Positions 31,649 through 42,315 of a stretch of DNA of 64,000 nt are shown in pieces. The notes beneath the pieces were generated by a model. The model was not told the origin of the DNA and made no database searches. It saw only the letters and a list, made by a program, of their open reading frames with translations. The translations under genes were made by a program, and so were the position numbers. The stretch is from Candidatus Kapaibacterium sp. (GTDB lineage Bacteria; Bacteroidota; Ignavibacteria; Kapaibacteriales; UBA2268): positions 3,392,001-3,456,000 of the forward strand of contig OY762428.1 of the NCBI GenBank assembly GCA_963665665.1. The letters are read 5' to 3'. How positions within the stretch are numbered: the stretch's first letter is position 1; each line of letters begins with the position of its first letter.

Positions 31649-32362
31649 ATGAGAATATCAAAGTATTTTATTATTTGCCTGTTTATTTTGGCAACATTTA
31701 ATATTGGCTATGCGCAAAACGACTGTCCTCCGGGTATTAGCAACTGGACAACTGCTACGGCAAATCTTGATTTTGACGATTACGGCCCGGGCGGCAGCGT
31801 GGATTACCAGTATAATACTGACAATAATGTATTCAGTATTGTGATGGATTGGTCCACATTCCAGAATAATTCAGACTTTATATCAGACCTTGCACTGAAG
31901 AAACTTCTTGAAGAAGAAGCCGTTCGAAATCTTGTGCCCAATTATCCTGCCGGTTATAGCTGCGATATCAGGGTTTATTTTCAGTCTGCCTGTAAAGTAA
32001 AAGTGAAAACTGTTATGCGCCTGGATGGTGAGAAACAATTGGAATGCTGTACACAGGGAGCAGAGTTAAACCAGGAAATCTACCAGAGATTAGTTGAGGG
32101 TGAAGTACACTGGTGCTGGGATGTTTATAATTGGCAGACCTGCGGTTACAAGTGTTGCGCACGGGTATATCATTGTACAAGATATTATGATAATATTTGG
32201 GAAAAAACATTAACAACGGTTTCTTTACCGACAACCGTATCAATAACCTCCTGCGACCCTGTTTCAGGCTGTACGGATTGTATATCAGGAGCACCACTAC
32301 CATGTGAAGACGGAGGCTGTGAAGGCCAGGGTTATGATGAAGAAGAACAGCCCGCCCCTTAA
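31649..32362 (+). CDS. Cys-rich secreted protein (paralog B2)
   Basis: Signal peptide; DCPP, CG.KCC, DC..G.P.PC pattern shared with B1. Confidence 0.8.
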   Translation: MRISKYFIICLFILATFNIGYAQNDCPPGISNWTTATANLDFDDYGPGGSVDYQYNTDNNVFSIVMDWSTFQNNSDFISDLALKKLLEEEAVRNLVPNYPAGYSCDIRVYFQSACKVKVKTVMRLDGEKQLECCTQGAELNQEIYQRLVEGEVHWCWDVYNWQTCGYKCCARVYHCTRYYDNIWEKTLTTVSLPTTVSITSCDPVSGCTDCISGAPLPCEDGGCEGQGYDEEEQPAP

Positions 32363-32768
32363 TCTCTATTTTTAATAAGCCCGGTTTTTTTTATTGCCGG
32401 GCATCTTTTGGAAAATTACTTTCAGCTCTGAATCATAAAATGGTTTTCAAAAATATCTGAATCAATAAATTACGCCTCAGCTAAAATTACATGCAAGAAG
32501 GATATTTGCTTTTTGGGCAAAAAATCTTCTAAATAATCACTTTTGTTATTACGCAGTTTAATAAAATTATTCAGTCCTTATTAACGGTTAATACCTTAAT
32601 CCGTAAATCAATCTGTTCCAAGTAAAAAAAAATTTAATAATATCAATCATGTATGTTAATCAGTTTTTTCCAATATCGGAGAATAATAATTGATTTTTAT
32701 TGCAAATTTTATATTTTGGCACTATTAGAAATTGATTCAGTTGGGAAATTAATTCGGCAGGTAACCAA

Positions 32769-33743
32769 ATGAGTAAAATACCTTCAAGAAGAATAAACAG
32801 CCCTTTTTTGATAGGGCTTTTCGTGATATTCGGAACAGTTGTGCTTATCGGGGCCATACTTTGGCTCGGAGCTAATCAGTTCCTGAAGGAAAGATCCTAT
32901 TACGTAACGTATTTCGATGGTTCCGTTGAAGGCCTTGAAACAGGTTCAGCTGTAAAATACCAGGGAGTTCCGGTTGGTACAATTTCTACTATTGATGTGG
33001 CTCCGGACGGCCATCTGATAGAAATAATTATGAGTATTGACAAAAAAATTGATATTAATGACAAGCTCAGGGCCAAATCAGAATGGGCCGGAATTGCGGG
33101 GGGTAAATTTATTCAGCTGTATTACCCGACAAATGAAAAAATTGCAAAAATGTTTCCCCGGTTCAATTTCCCTACACCGCATCCGTTAATAAAATCATCA
33201 CCGTCGGGCCTGGAGGAAATTGAAATTGCAATGAGGGATGTGATAAATAATATCAGGCGTTTTGAATTCGATAAAGTATCTGATAAAACTCAGGCTTTTC
33301 TGGATTCAACAACGAAGTTCTTCAGCAATAAAAAAATGTATAACACAATATCCAACCTGGAAGAAGCAACCGGAAAATTAAGCTCTATTGCTGCCAGGGC
33401 TGATACTTCCAGAATATTAGATTTTATTGCTAATTCAAGCGCTATGCTATACCAGACTACAATCGAACTCAAGGGATTTGCTGACAAATTAAACATGCAG
33501 ATAGACAGTATGAAAATTGATTATTACGTTGGGAAAGCATTCGAAAGATATGACACTACGATGATAAATGCCAATAAAGTTGTAATGTCGCTTGGATACA
33601 GAAGTGAAACTGCAATGTTTAACCTGATTGAAACTATGGAGGCGCTTAAAAGAACAAATAAGCAATTGCAGAAATCACTCAGGGCAATCAGCGACCACCC
33701 CTCGCAGGTATTTCTGAGCAATCCGCCGCCGGAAGATGAATAA
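32769..33743 (+). CDS. mlaD: MlaD/MCE-family protein
   Basis: N-terminal TM; SVEGLETGSAVKYQGVPVGTI; helical tail ending ISDHPSQVF. Confidence 0.9.
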   Translation: MSKIPSRRINSPFLIGLFVIFGTVVLIGAILWLGANQFLKERSYYVTYFDGSVEGLETGSAVKYQGVPVGTISTIDVAPDGHLIEIIMSIDKKIDINDKLRAKSEWAGIAGGKFIQLYYPTNEKIAKMFPRFNFPTPHPLIKSSPSGLEEIEIAMRDVINNIRRFEFDKVSDKTQAFLDSTTKFFSNKKMYNTISNLEEATGKLSSIAARADTSRILDFIANSSAMLYQTTIELKGFADKLNMQIDSMKIDYYVGKAFERYDTTMINANKVVMSLGYRSETAMFNLIETMEALKRTNKQLQKSLRAISDHPSQVFLSNPPPEDE

Positions 33744-33842
33744 ACAGGCAACTTTTTGATAAAAGTATAAATTTATATTTCCAAAAGGAAGTGTATGAAT
33801 AATAGAAAACATCAAATTAGAATGGATTATAAAAGGAATGAT

Positions 33843-34640
33843 ATGAAAGCTTTGGAAAAATTACAGGATATCAGAGCAAAGAAAAACTCGATTCTTTGTG
33901 TTGGGCTTGATACTGATATAAATAAAATTCCGGATCATTTTAAAAGAACAACCGAAAGTATCTCGGCTTTTAATATTGAAATAATAAAGGCAACCAGGGA
34001 TATCTGTGCTGCTTATAAAGTGAATTTTGCTTTTTACGAGCAGTATGGAATAGAAGGCTTTATTGAATTGAAGAAAACAATTGATGCTATTCCTGATGAC
34101 TGCTTTATCATCGCTGATGCCAAAAGAGGGGATATCGGGAACACTTCGGCAGCTTATGCTAAGTCCTGTTTTGAATATTTTAACGCTGATTCTATCACTG
34201 TCAGCCCATACATGGGTTCAGATTCAATTGGCCCTTTTCTCAATTTCCCCGGTAAAATGGTTTTTGTTCTTGCACTAACTTCCAATCCGGGTTCAAACGA
34301 TTTTCAGCATATTGAAAGCGACGGTAAGAAATTATATGAAAGAGTTATCTATCAGTCTTCGAAATGGGCTGATGAAAATTCGCTCGGTTATGTTGTGGGG
34401 GCAACGCATCCGGACGAACTGAAAAATATCAGGGAAATCATTCCGGGCAGGGCTTTGCTGATTCCCGGTGTGGGCGCTCAGGGTGGTGATATCGAAGCTG
34501 TTATCAAAGCAAATTCCGGCGGGCCTGCATTGATCAATGTATCAAGGGGAATAATTTATATTTCCTCCGGAAAAGATTTTGCAGAAAAAGTCAGAAATGA
34601 ATCGATTAAATATAACACTGAATTCAATAAATGGCTGTGA
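33843..34640 (+). CDS. pyrF: orotidine-5'-phosphate decarboxylase
   Basis: LCVGLD, IADAKRGDIGNT, LTSNPGS, VVGAT, LIPGVGAQGG, NVSRGI. Confidence 0.95.
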   Translation: MKALEKLQDIRAKKNSILCVGLDTDINKIPDHFKRTTESISAFNIEIIKATRDICAAYKVNFAFYEQYGIEGFIELKKTIDAIPDDCFIIADAKRGDIGNTSAAYAKSCFEYFNADSITVSPYMGSDSIGPFLNFPGKMVFVLALTSNPGSNDFQHIESDGKKLYERVIYQSSKWADENSLGYVVGATHPDELKNIREIIPGRALLIPGVGAQGGDIEAVIKANSGGPALINVSRGIIYISSGKDFAEKVRNESIKYNTEFNKWL

Positions 34641-34713
34641 GCATAAATAAATTTTTGGTTTATACTCAGGTGGGTACAAAATATTGCTGTTATTGAAGAA
34701 AAATACAGAGAAA

Positions 34714-34804
34714 TGTCATTCTGACCGAGCGCAGTGAGGGAAGAATCCACGTTAAATAGCAGAATATGTAGAAGAATGGATACTTCGCTTGGCTCAGTAT
34801 GACA
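34714..34804. repeat. GTCATT...ATGAC palindromic dispersed repeat; further full or half copies at ~48247-48378, 48994-49026, 63477-63509, 63667-63698
   Basis: tgtcattctgaccgagcg..gaagaatcc / ggatacttcgcttggctcagtatgaca; the right arm recurs almost verbatim. Confidence 0.8.
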
Positions 34805-34913
34805 GCTTCATACAATTTTTATCGAATTTACATTGTTTAACTGAATAGTAACAATTTTTGCAGCAGATATATTTCAAACTTATATTCCGGGCGCGGCTTT
34901 GAACAATAGTAGA

Positions 34914-34952
34914 ATAAATAAGTCGGGATTTTTTTAATCCCGACTTATTTAT
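34914..34952. terminator. bidirectional terminator between convergent genes
   Basis: Perfect 17-bp inverted repeat ataaataagtcgggatt/aatcccgacttatttat. Confidence 0.75.
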
Positions 34953-35009
34953 AAACTATCATTTATTTCTCAATTAAAACAATACCCGTTCAATTAACAA
35001 ATGCTTTCT

Positions 35010-37409
35010 TTAAAACGGTAATGAAACGGAGACGGTGGAACCGAAGTTCCCGCTGCCAATCGGGCCAATGCCCCAACCGGCATCGAAGCGAAGATATGCA
35101 ACATTGCTGATATATATTGGAATCCTGGATAGGCTGAAACCAATCTCGGAATAAAATTCTCCGTTTGTGCTAACATATTTACCGTTTATTGGCAGGTAAT
35201 AATCTTTATAAACAATATCTCCACCGAAATATTTACCTGCAGAAGCGCGCAGAAGCAGATTAATTCCACGGCCATTGAATTTTGGAAGGCCAATTGCCCG
35301 CCACCATATATCAGTCAGGTCAAGTTCGCCGTGGAATGAAAAGAATTCAGAACCACCGAAAACCCCAAATGGAGCCGATAAGAAATTATCCTTCGTTTCC
35401 CGAAACATTTCCCAGGTAGGCATTGCGAATTGCTGCTGTAGTGGCAAATTATCAGAGCCTTTTCCTCCCAAGGCTGTTATATCAAGAGAAATCGGATTAT
35501 AACCTGTTGGTATCAGTGGCATGAATATATTCAATTTACCCCGTGCATACCTGTAGGTGAGTGCATTTTCTTCACTTTCACCATAATGTGCTTCTATATC
35601 AGCGCTGAATGCGAAATCTCCAAGAAATCCGCTTGCGTCCCCGAATTCATAAGATAGTTTCGCGTGTGCGTCCCTGAAACTGCCTTCGGTTATTTCCGGA
35701 TTGTCCCGCCATTTTTTTGATGAAAATAATGATTTGTTTGTTGTTTTATTCATAGAATACTGGCGCGAGAAATCAACAGATCCGAAAAGATCAAATCCCC
35801 AATACCTGTAAGTATCCAAATACAACCCGAAGCCGTCGTGCTTGTGATAATCAAAAACATCATAATGAAGCAGGGCGGCGGCGGCAATATCGTCTAATTC
35901 CCTATCCCTGCCAAATCCTCTGTTGGTGTAATAATCGGAATATATTCTACCTCCTAACCTTGTATAAGGAAGATAGATTTTAGAATCAAAATAACCGATA
36001 AATTCCTGCTGCCCAAAACTGAAGGATGCCACCATATTATTATCCACTTTCCAAAAATCAAGCGAGCCTTTCAATCCCAAAACTACAGAAGCGCTTCTGT
36101 TAAAATCCAAATCAGGCATCCAGTCGAAACTGACTGATTTGTTGCCCTCTTTATCGGACGAATCTTTCGCCACGAGGCTGTCCACCTGCTGATACATTTC
36201 CATTTCGCGGGGAGTTATCTCCCGTAAGGAATTTTTTTCCCAAAAATCAATTTTCATCGAATCGGCAGTTTCGGTAACTGCTATCCATGGAATATCTTCC
36301 TTGTATATCGAATCCGGCAGCGCTTTGTTTATTTCTACTTCACTGTAGATACTTGTGGAATTGATGTCGGCTTTAATATCCATTAGCCCTTTTATAACAT
36401 CCACTCCGAGCTTGGCTGAAACATTCAGGAAGGAAGGAAACCAAATTCCCCTGGAAAATTCCTCGAATTTTTCATTTATATGCAAACCTTCGAAGAATGG
36501 TATTTCTGTGTTTTCAGCGGGACTGACATCAACTTCGACAAGGTCATAGCTTTCCTCAACAATTTTAATAGTTCCCTGGAAACCCGGGAAAAGGCTTGAT
36601 GATGGCTGAATATCAATAATATAAACATACCTGTCATCAAGAGTAGTTCTGCCGCGTAATTCGAAATCGTAGTTGTCCAGGGCATCTTCCCCGACAGGGC
36701 TTCCGAGTTTAACCTGAAGGAAATTAAATTCATCATCGTAGAAATTAATAAACTCACCAATAGCCAGCATATTATCCTGTGGCTCTATATTCTTGGTTTG
36801 GCGTCTTTGTAAAATTGAAGTATGTGAAACTTCTTTTTCTTTATCCCTGAAATTGCGTGCAAATGTTTCCAGTACAAACATTTTGAATTTCTCCGGCGCT
36901 TTTTCACCTATCGATGCTCCGAGGGTCATGCTATTACCGTCGCTTTCTGCGCTTGTAAATGCCGAACCGTCCATTTCTACGGAAAGTTTTGAATATAACA
37001 AGCCGCTGAAAGTCTTAATCTTTTCAAGATTCTCTTCTTTGCGTGCTATTGTTCTTTTAATAATCTCTTCCACGGTTATATCGCCAACAACCTTAACCCC
37101 GGACAAAAGTACTGAAGATGGTTTCAGCTTTACATCAATGTTATCGTTGCCGCTTTTTGCTGTGATGTTTGTGCTTTCATACCCTAAAGACCGGATAAGC
37201 AGATTAGTATTCTCTTCAACACGAAGCCTGTATTCGCCCCTTGAATTTGAATATGTTCCCCTGCTGCCGTCGGCCATACGAATTGTAGCTCCGGGAACAG
37301 GTGCGCCGTTTTGCGAATCGATAATTATTCCCTGCAGGGTAATTTCTTTTGCATTCAATAATATTGAGGATAGTAAAAATGCCGTAAGTATAAAAAATAT
37401 GAGTCTCAT
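35010..37409 (-). CDS. outer-membrane protein with carboxypeptidase-like regulatory domain (DUF5686-type)
   Basis: Signal; LQGIIIDSQNGAPVPGATI..GTYSNSRGEY..SLGY; C-terminal barrel ending VSLPF. Confidence 0.75.
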   Translation of the reverse strand: MRLIFFILTAFLLSSILLNAKEITLQGIIIDSQNGAPVPGATIRMADGSRGTYSNSRGEYRLRVEENTNLLIRSLGYESTNITAKSGNDNIDVKLKPSSVLLSGVKVVGDITVEEIIKRTIARKEENLEKIKTFSGLLYSKLSVEMDGSAFTSAESDGNSMTLGASIGEKAPEKFKMFVLETFARNFRDKEKEVSHTSILQRRQTKNIEPQDNMLAIGEFINFYDDEFNFLQVKLGSPVGEDALDNYDFELRGRTTLDDRYVYIIDIQPSSSLFPGFQGTIKIVEESYDLVEVDVSPAENTEIPFFEGLHINEKFEEFSRGIWFPSFLNVSAKLGVDVIKGLMDIKADINSTSIYSEVEINKALPDSIYKEDIPWIAVTETADSMKIDFWEKNSLREITPREMEMYQQVDSLVAKDSSDKEGNKSVSFDWMPDLDFNRSASVVLGLKGSLDFWKVDNNMVASFSFGQQEFIGYFDSKIYLPYTRLGGRIYSDYYTNRGFGRDRELDDIAAAALLHYDVFDYHKHDGFGLYLDTYRYWGFDLFGSVDFSRQYSMNKTTNKSLFSSKKWRDNPEITEGSFRDAHAKLSYEFGDASGFLGDFAFSADIEAHYGESEENALTYRYARGKLNIFMPLIPTGYNPISLDITALGGKGSDNLPLQQQFAMPTWEMFRETKDNFLSAPFGVFGGSEFFSFHGELDLTDIWWRAIGLPKFNGRGINLLLRASAGKYFGGDIVYKDYYLPINGKYVSTNGEFYSEIGFSLSRIPIYISNVAYLRFDAGWGIGPIGSGNFGSTVSVSLPF

Positions 37410-37821
37410 TCCAAACTCCGATAATTGAAAATCTTATTCAGTTATTAAATTTACGAAATTTTTAAAAAAATGATGCACTTAAATTTTACGGGCTGAATAT
37501 AAACTATGGATACGAAACTCCGGAATTTACTAAATTTTTTTGTCTGTTTATCATATTATAGTTAATTTGAAAATTGTTTGAAGACGATTCTCATGTAACC
37601 GAAAGTGTTGCATATCTGGTTTGGAAATGATGAACAGAAAAAGGAAAAAATATTGACAGTAAGCATAATTAAAATATACGAATAAGGCCTTAATAAAAAG
37701 GTATCCCCGCATAAACCACATTTAAACCGGATTACAGGCCGGAACTATCTCTCCCTGAATAATGGAGACGATATACTATTGTGTTTGGACTTAAAAAAAT
37801 AGTTTAATATACAGGATCGCG

Positions 37822-39156
37822 ATGATGAAAGCGTTAACATTTACAGGCGGAACTCATCCTTCGGAATACAAGGAGCTGACCGAGGACAAACCCTTCGAAC
37901 TAATGCCCCTTCCCGAAAAAGTTCTCCTGCCTACATCACAGCATATTGGCAAACCTGCCAGGCTGAGCGTGAAGAAGAAATCCGAAGTAAAAACCGGCCA
38001 GGTGATTGCTGAGCAGGACGGATTTATTTCTTCGATTATTCATAGTTCTGTAAACGGAACTGTAAAGAACATTGGTATTCAGGCAAACGTCAGCGGCTTT
38101 CCCAGGGAAGCAATTGAAATAACTGTTGACGGAAATGGTGAGGAGCTTTGCCTTATGGAAGCTATGAACCCGGATAAGGTTACTCCGGATGAAATAAGGC
38201 AGAGGGTAAAAGAAGCCGGTATCGTAGGCCAGGGCGGCGCTGCATTCCCGACTTATGTAAAACTTACACCGCCGGAAGGTGCAAAAATTGATTGTGTTAT
38301 CCTGAATGGTGCCGAGTGTGAACCCTACCTTACAAGGGATTACAGGTTTATGCTTGAAAGAACTGAAGCAGTTATTGGTGGCCTGAATCTGATAATGAAG
38401 GCACTTGGTGTGAAAAAAGGAGCTGCCGGAATCGAGGATAACAAACCAAAAGCTATTGAGAAAATGACGAAAATGGCTGAAAATTATCCCGAAATTGATG
38501 TTTATCAGCTGAAAACAAAATACCCCCAGGGTGCAGAGAAGATGCTTATCAAAGCTATCCTTGGCAGGGAAGTGCCTCCGGGAAAACTGCCGCTTGACGT
38601 GGGAGTGGTTATCCAGAATATCGGAACGGCAGTTGCAGTTTATGATGCTGTTGTAAAAGGCATTCCGGAAACAACAGCTGCTCTTACAGTATCAGGCGGA
38701 GCTGTAAAGGAACCAAAAAATCTGATCGTACCGGTTGGTACTCCGATAAATGACGTGATCGAGTTTTGCGGTGGTTTTTCCGAGGATGTTGCAAAAGTAG
38801 TTGTAGGCGGCCCCATGATGGGCGTTGCCCAGTATGATTTTACAGCTCCGGTTATGAAAGCTACTTCCGGCATTCTGGCACTTACAAAAAGCGAATTGAA
38901 TAAAGTTGAAGAAACTAACTGTGTGAGCTGCGGAAAATGCGTTGAAGCCTGTGCACTTAACGTCCTTCCTACTACTGTTGTAAAAATGATAAAAGAAGGC
39001 CGGCTTGAAGAGGCAGATAAATTAGGAATAATGACATGTATGGAATGCGGAACATGTACTTATGTCTGCCCGGCTAATATACCCCTTGTGCAGTGGATTA
39101 GGCTTGGCAAGCACAGGGTTGCTGCTTTCAACAGGGCAAAACAGGAAAATAATTAG
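37822..39156 (+). CDS. rnfC: Rnf electron transport complex subunit C
   Basis: QHIGKPA, GIVGQGGAAFPT, NGAECEPYLT, YPQGAEK, GGPMMG, two 4Fe-4S motifs. Confidence 0.95.
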   Translation: MMKALTFTGGTHPSEYKELTEDKPFELMPLPEKVLLPTSQHIGKPARLSVKKKSEVKTGQVIAEQDGFISSIIHSSVNGTVKNIGIQANVSGFPREAIEITVDGNGEELCLMEAMNPDKVTPDEIRQRVKEAGIVGQGGAAFPTYVKLTPPEGAKIDCVILNGAECEPYLTRDYRFMLERTEAVIGGLNLIMKALGVKKGAAGIEDNKPKAIEKMTKMAENYPEIDVYQLKTKYPQGAEKMLIKAILGREVPPGKLPLDVGVVIQNIGTAVAVYDAVVKGIPETTAALTVSGGAVKEPKNLIVPVGTPINDVIEFCGGFSEDVAKVVVGGPMMGVAQYDFTAPVMKATSGILALTKSELNKVEETNCVSCGKCVEACALNVLPTTVVKMIKEGRLEEADKLGIMTCMECGTCTYVCPANIPLVQWIRLGKHRVAAFNRAKQENN

Positions 39157-39187
39157 TTAATAGTAAATATATATAAAATGAGGAAAA

Positions 39188-40171
39188 ATGGCAGAATCAG
39201 TTGAGACTAAGTTAAGGGGCTTGGAGCTATCAAGTTCCCCGCACGTCCATTCCACTATGTCAACCAAAAAGTCGATGTGGATGGTTGTAGCAGCCCTTAT
39301 GCCTCCTACGATAGCCGCCGTTGTATTTTTCGGCTTTTACCAGATTCTGGTGATAGCTGTTAGTATCGGCGTTGCTGTTGGAACCGAGGCATTGATCAGG
39401 AAAGCCAGGAAAAAACCGGTAACGGTTAGCGATGGAAGTGCGGTTATAACGGGGCTGTTGCTTGCTCTTGTATTGCCGCCAAATTTTAATTTGTTTTTCA
39501 CGGCTCTCGGATCGGCAGTAGCAATCGGTATCGGCAAGGAAGTATTCGGAGGTCTCGGATATAATGTTTTCAATCCGGCACTCGTTGGCAGGGCATTTCT
39601 GCAGGCTGCATTTCCTGTTCCGATGACAACATGGACAGCAAACAATTTTGCAGTTGACTCGGTTAGTTCGGCCACTCCGCTGTCAGCATTCAAATTCGAC
39701 AGCGTGTTCACCGAACTCGGAAATCTCTTTATAGGCAATATCGGCGGATCGCTTGGTGAAACATCCGTGATCGCTGTACTGATTGGAGGAATTTTCCTTC
39801 TGATAACAAGGGTTGCCAACTGGGAAATTCCGATAGCTATGATCTGCGGCGCTTTAGTATTCGGGGGTATTTTCTGGCTTGTAGATCCGGCAGCCTATCC
39901 AAACCCATTCTTCCATATATTCGCGGGCGGTTTCCTGTTCGGGGCCTTCTTTATGGCAACTGACTGGGTAAGCAGTCCTATCACGAGAAAAGGTATGTGG
40001 ATATTCGGAATGGGTATAGCTCTTGTAGTTGTGATTATCAGGCTTTTCGGTGGACTTCCGGAAGGTGTTATGTATGCTATTCTGTTTATGAATGCATTCG
40101 TACCTCTGATCGACAGATACACTAAACCAAGGATATTTGGCGCTGAAAAAGTTAAAAAAGCAGCGGCTTAA
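39188..40171 (+). CDS. rnfD: Rnf subunit D
   Basis: SSPH, KEVFGGLGYNVFNPALVGRAF, SSATPL (FMN-Thr), GSLGETS, FMATD. Confidence 0.95.
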   Translation: MAESVETKLRGLELSSSPHVHSTMSTKKSMWMVVAALMPPTIAAVVFFGFYQILVIAVSIGVAVGTEALIRKARKKPVTVSDGSAVITGLLLALVLPPNFNLFFTALGSAVAIGIGKEVFGGLGYNVFNPALVGRAFLQAAFPVPMTTWTANNFAVDSVSSATPLSAFKFDSVFTELGNLFIGNIGGSLGETSVIAVLIGGIFLLITRVANWEIPIAMICGALVFGGIFWLVDPAAYPNPFFHIFAGGFLFGAFFMATDWVSSPITRKGMWIFGMGIALVVVIIRLFGGLPEGVMYAILFMNAFVPLIDRYTKPRIFGAEKVKKAAA

Positions 40172-40259
40172 TTTTAATAAAGATCAGCTGATTGACATAA
40201 GCTGATGTATAAAAGGTAACTAAAGAAGAGATAGAAGAAAATGCAAAACTTTAGTTTTA

Positions 40260-40360
40260 CATCCGACCCCTGCCAAACACACGCGGTGTGGAACCCTCCC
40301 CGAAGGGTGGCTTTAAAATCAAAGCCCCTCCTTCGGAGGGGTTTGGGGAGGTCAGGTATA
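40260..40360. repeat. palindromic REP/MITE-like insert between rnfD and rnfG
   Basis: ccctccccgaagggtgg and cccctccttcggagggg hairpins; homologous to 4185-4300 and 47219-47260. Confidence 0.65.
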
Positions 40361-40433
40361 TGCTAAGATTATATTGTATCATTTCTTATCCGATTAGTTG
40401 CAGGAAATTATTAATTAACAACGGATTTTAATA

Positions 40434-41000
40434 ATGAAACTGATAGTACAAATGCTGGCTACGCTTACTGTTATCGGTATTATTTCCGGGGGGCTGCTCG
40501 CACAAATTGACAATTGGGCGCAGCCGAAAATTGCCGGACATGCCAAAAAGGAAACAGAAAAAGCGATTTTCATTGTCCAGCCTGATGCCAATTCCTATGA
40601 ATCGGTTGAAACAGCAGGATTTGAGCTCTATAAAGTATTCGATGAAAACAAAAAATCCCTCGGATATGCCATGCCCCACAATGGTAATGGCTTCCAGGGA
40701 AATGTGAAAATTATGATAGGTGTTGCAGGCGATATGAATTCCCTTATAGGTCTGGAAATTCTTGAGCAGGTTGAAACTCCGGGCCTCGGAACAAAGGTTT
40801 GTGAACCATTTTTCAAGGATCAGTTCAAAGGCCTGGCATGCGACCCCCGGATAGAATGGGTGAAGGGCGCTGAACCATCAAAACCAAATGAAATCCAGGC
40901 AATAACCGGCGCTACAATCTCTTCTAAAGCTGTAGTGGCAATAATAAACGACGGATTGAACAAGCTGAAAAGCGTTAAAGAAGGAGGCGCTGAATTATGA
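40434..41000 (+). CDS. rnfG: Rnf subunit G
   Basis: ETPGLG, AITGATISS FMN-binding motif. Confidence 0.95.
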   Translation: MKLIVQMLATLTVIGIISGGLLAQIDNWAQPKIAGHAKKETEKAIFIVQPDANSYESVETAGFELYKVFDENKKSLGYAMPHNGNGFQGNVKIMIGVAGDMNSLIGLEILEQVETPGLGTKVCEPFFKDQFKGLACDPRIEWVKGAEPSKPNEIQAITGATISSKAVVAIINDGLNKLKSVKEGGAEL

Positions 41001-41674
41001 AGAAACAAGTTGGTTTAATAAAAGAATTTTCAAAAGGACTCTGGGATAGTAATCCGGTTTTTAAGCAGGTTCTTGGGATGTGTCCGGCGCTTGCTGTTAC
41101 AGTTTCTGCTATTAATGGTATAGCAATGGCCCTGGCAACTACTTTCGTACTTGTTTTTTCAAGTATGATTGTGTCCATGATCAGGAAGCTGATTCCTTCA
41201 CAGGTAAGGATTGCTTCTTATATTGTGATTATTGCAACATTCGTTACAATCGTTGACCTGGTGATGAAAGCTCAGTTTCCTGAATTAAGCAAATCATTAG
41301 GCCCATATATACCGCTTATAGTTGTGAACTGCCTTATACTTGGCAGGCAGGAAGCATTTTCATCCAAAAATGGCGTATTTCGTTCAATACTGGATGCACT
41401 TGGCATGGGAGCAGGATTCCTGATAGCTCTATTTGTGCTTGGCGGAGTAAGGGAAATTCTGGGGAACAGAACTATCCTGAATATCCAGGTATTGCCGGAT
41501 ATGTATGAACCGTGGCTTATCATGATTCTGCCCGCAGGAGCTTTCCTGTCTCTTGGCCTGCTGATGGGCTTTTCGAATATGTATATTCTTAAAAAAGAAA
41601 AAACAAAGCGCGAGGCGGCAGTGAAACGCCATATCGAAAGCAGGACTATAAACATAAACAGTCAGGAGGCGTAA
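40997..41674 (+). CDS. rnfE: Rnf subunit E
   Basis: LGMCPALAV, IPLIVVNCLILGR, LPAGAF. Confidence 0.95.
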   Translation: MKKQVGLIKEFSKGLWDSNPVFKQVLGMCPALAVTVSAINGIAMALATTFVLVFSSMIVSMIRKLIPSQVRIASYIVIIATFVTIVDLVMKAQFPELSKSLGPYIPLIVVNCLILGRQEAFSSKNGVFRSILDALGMGAGFLIALFVLGGVREILGNRTILNIQVLPDMYEPWLIMILPAGAFLSLGLLMGFSNMYILKKEKTKREAAVKRHIESRTININSQEA

Positions 41675-42253
41675 ATGGTACTGATATTAATATTCTTATC
41701 GGCTGCTATAGCCAACAACTTCGTACTGGCTTACTTCCTCGGGATATGTCCTTTTATTGGTGTATCGAATAAATTATCCTCAGCCTTTTCAATGGGTATG
41801 GCCGTAACATTTGTTATGACGATAACTGCAATTGTTTCCTGGCTGATATATCACCTGATACTTGTGCCATTCGGGCTGGAATTCCTGGAGTACGTATCGT
41901 TTATTCTCGTGATAGCATCGCTTGTGCAATTTGTTGAAATGTTCGTGAAAAAGGTCAGCCAGCCGTTATACAGGGCTTTAGGTATATTTTTGCCTCTTAT
42001 CACAACAAACTGCGCAATTCTTGGCCTTGCTCTTTTCATCGTTCTCAGGGATTACTCCTTTGTCGAGTCGATCTTCTTTGGTGTTGGGGCCGGTGCAGGC
42101 TTTACATTGGCAATCAGTATAATGGCCGGTATTCGCGAGAAACTTGACCTTGCTGACGTTCCCGAATCATTCAGGGGCGCTCCGATAACACTTATCGTTG
42201 CGGGCATTCTTGCATTGGCATTCATGGGCTTTTCCGGGCTTATCTCGGTATAA
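41675..42253 (+). CDS. rnfA: Rnf subunit A
   Basis: FLGICPFIGVS, LGIFLPLITTNCAILG. Confidence 0.95.
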   Translation: MVLILIFLSAAIANNFVLAYFLGICPFIGVSNKLSSAFSMGMAVTFVMTITAIVSWLIYHLILVPFGLEFLEYVSFILVIASLVQFVEMFVKKVSQPLYRALGIFLPLITTNCAILGLALFIVLRDYSFVESIFFGVGAGAGFTLAISIMAGIREKLDLADVPESFRGAPITLIVAGILALAFMGFSGLISV

Positions 42254-42315
42254 GTTGAATTTGATTAATAATATCAAATGAAATCAAAAAAAACGTAACA
42301 AAAATCAATATATAA

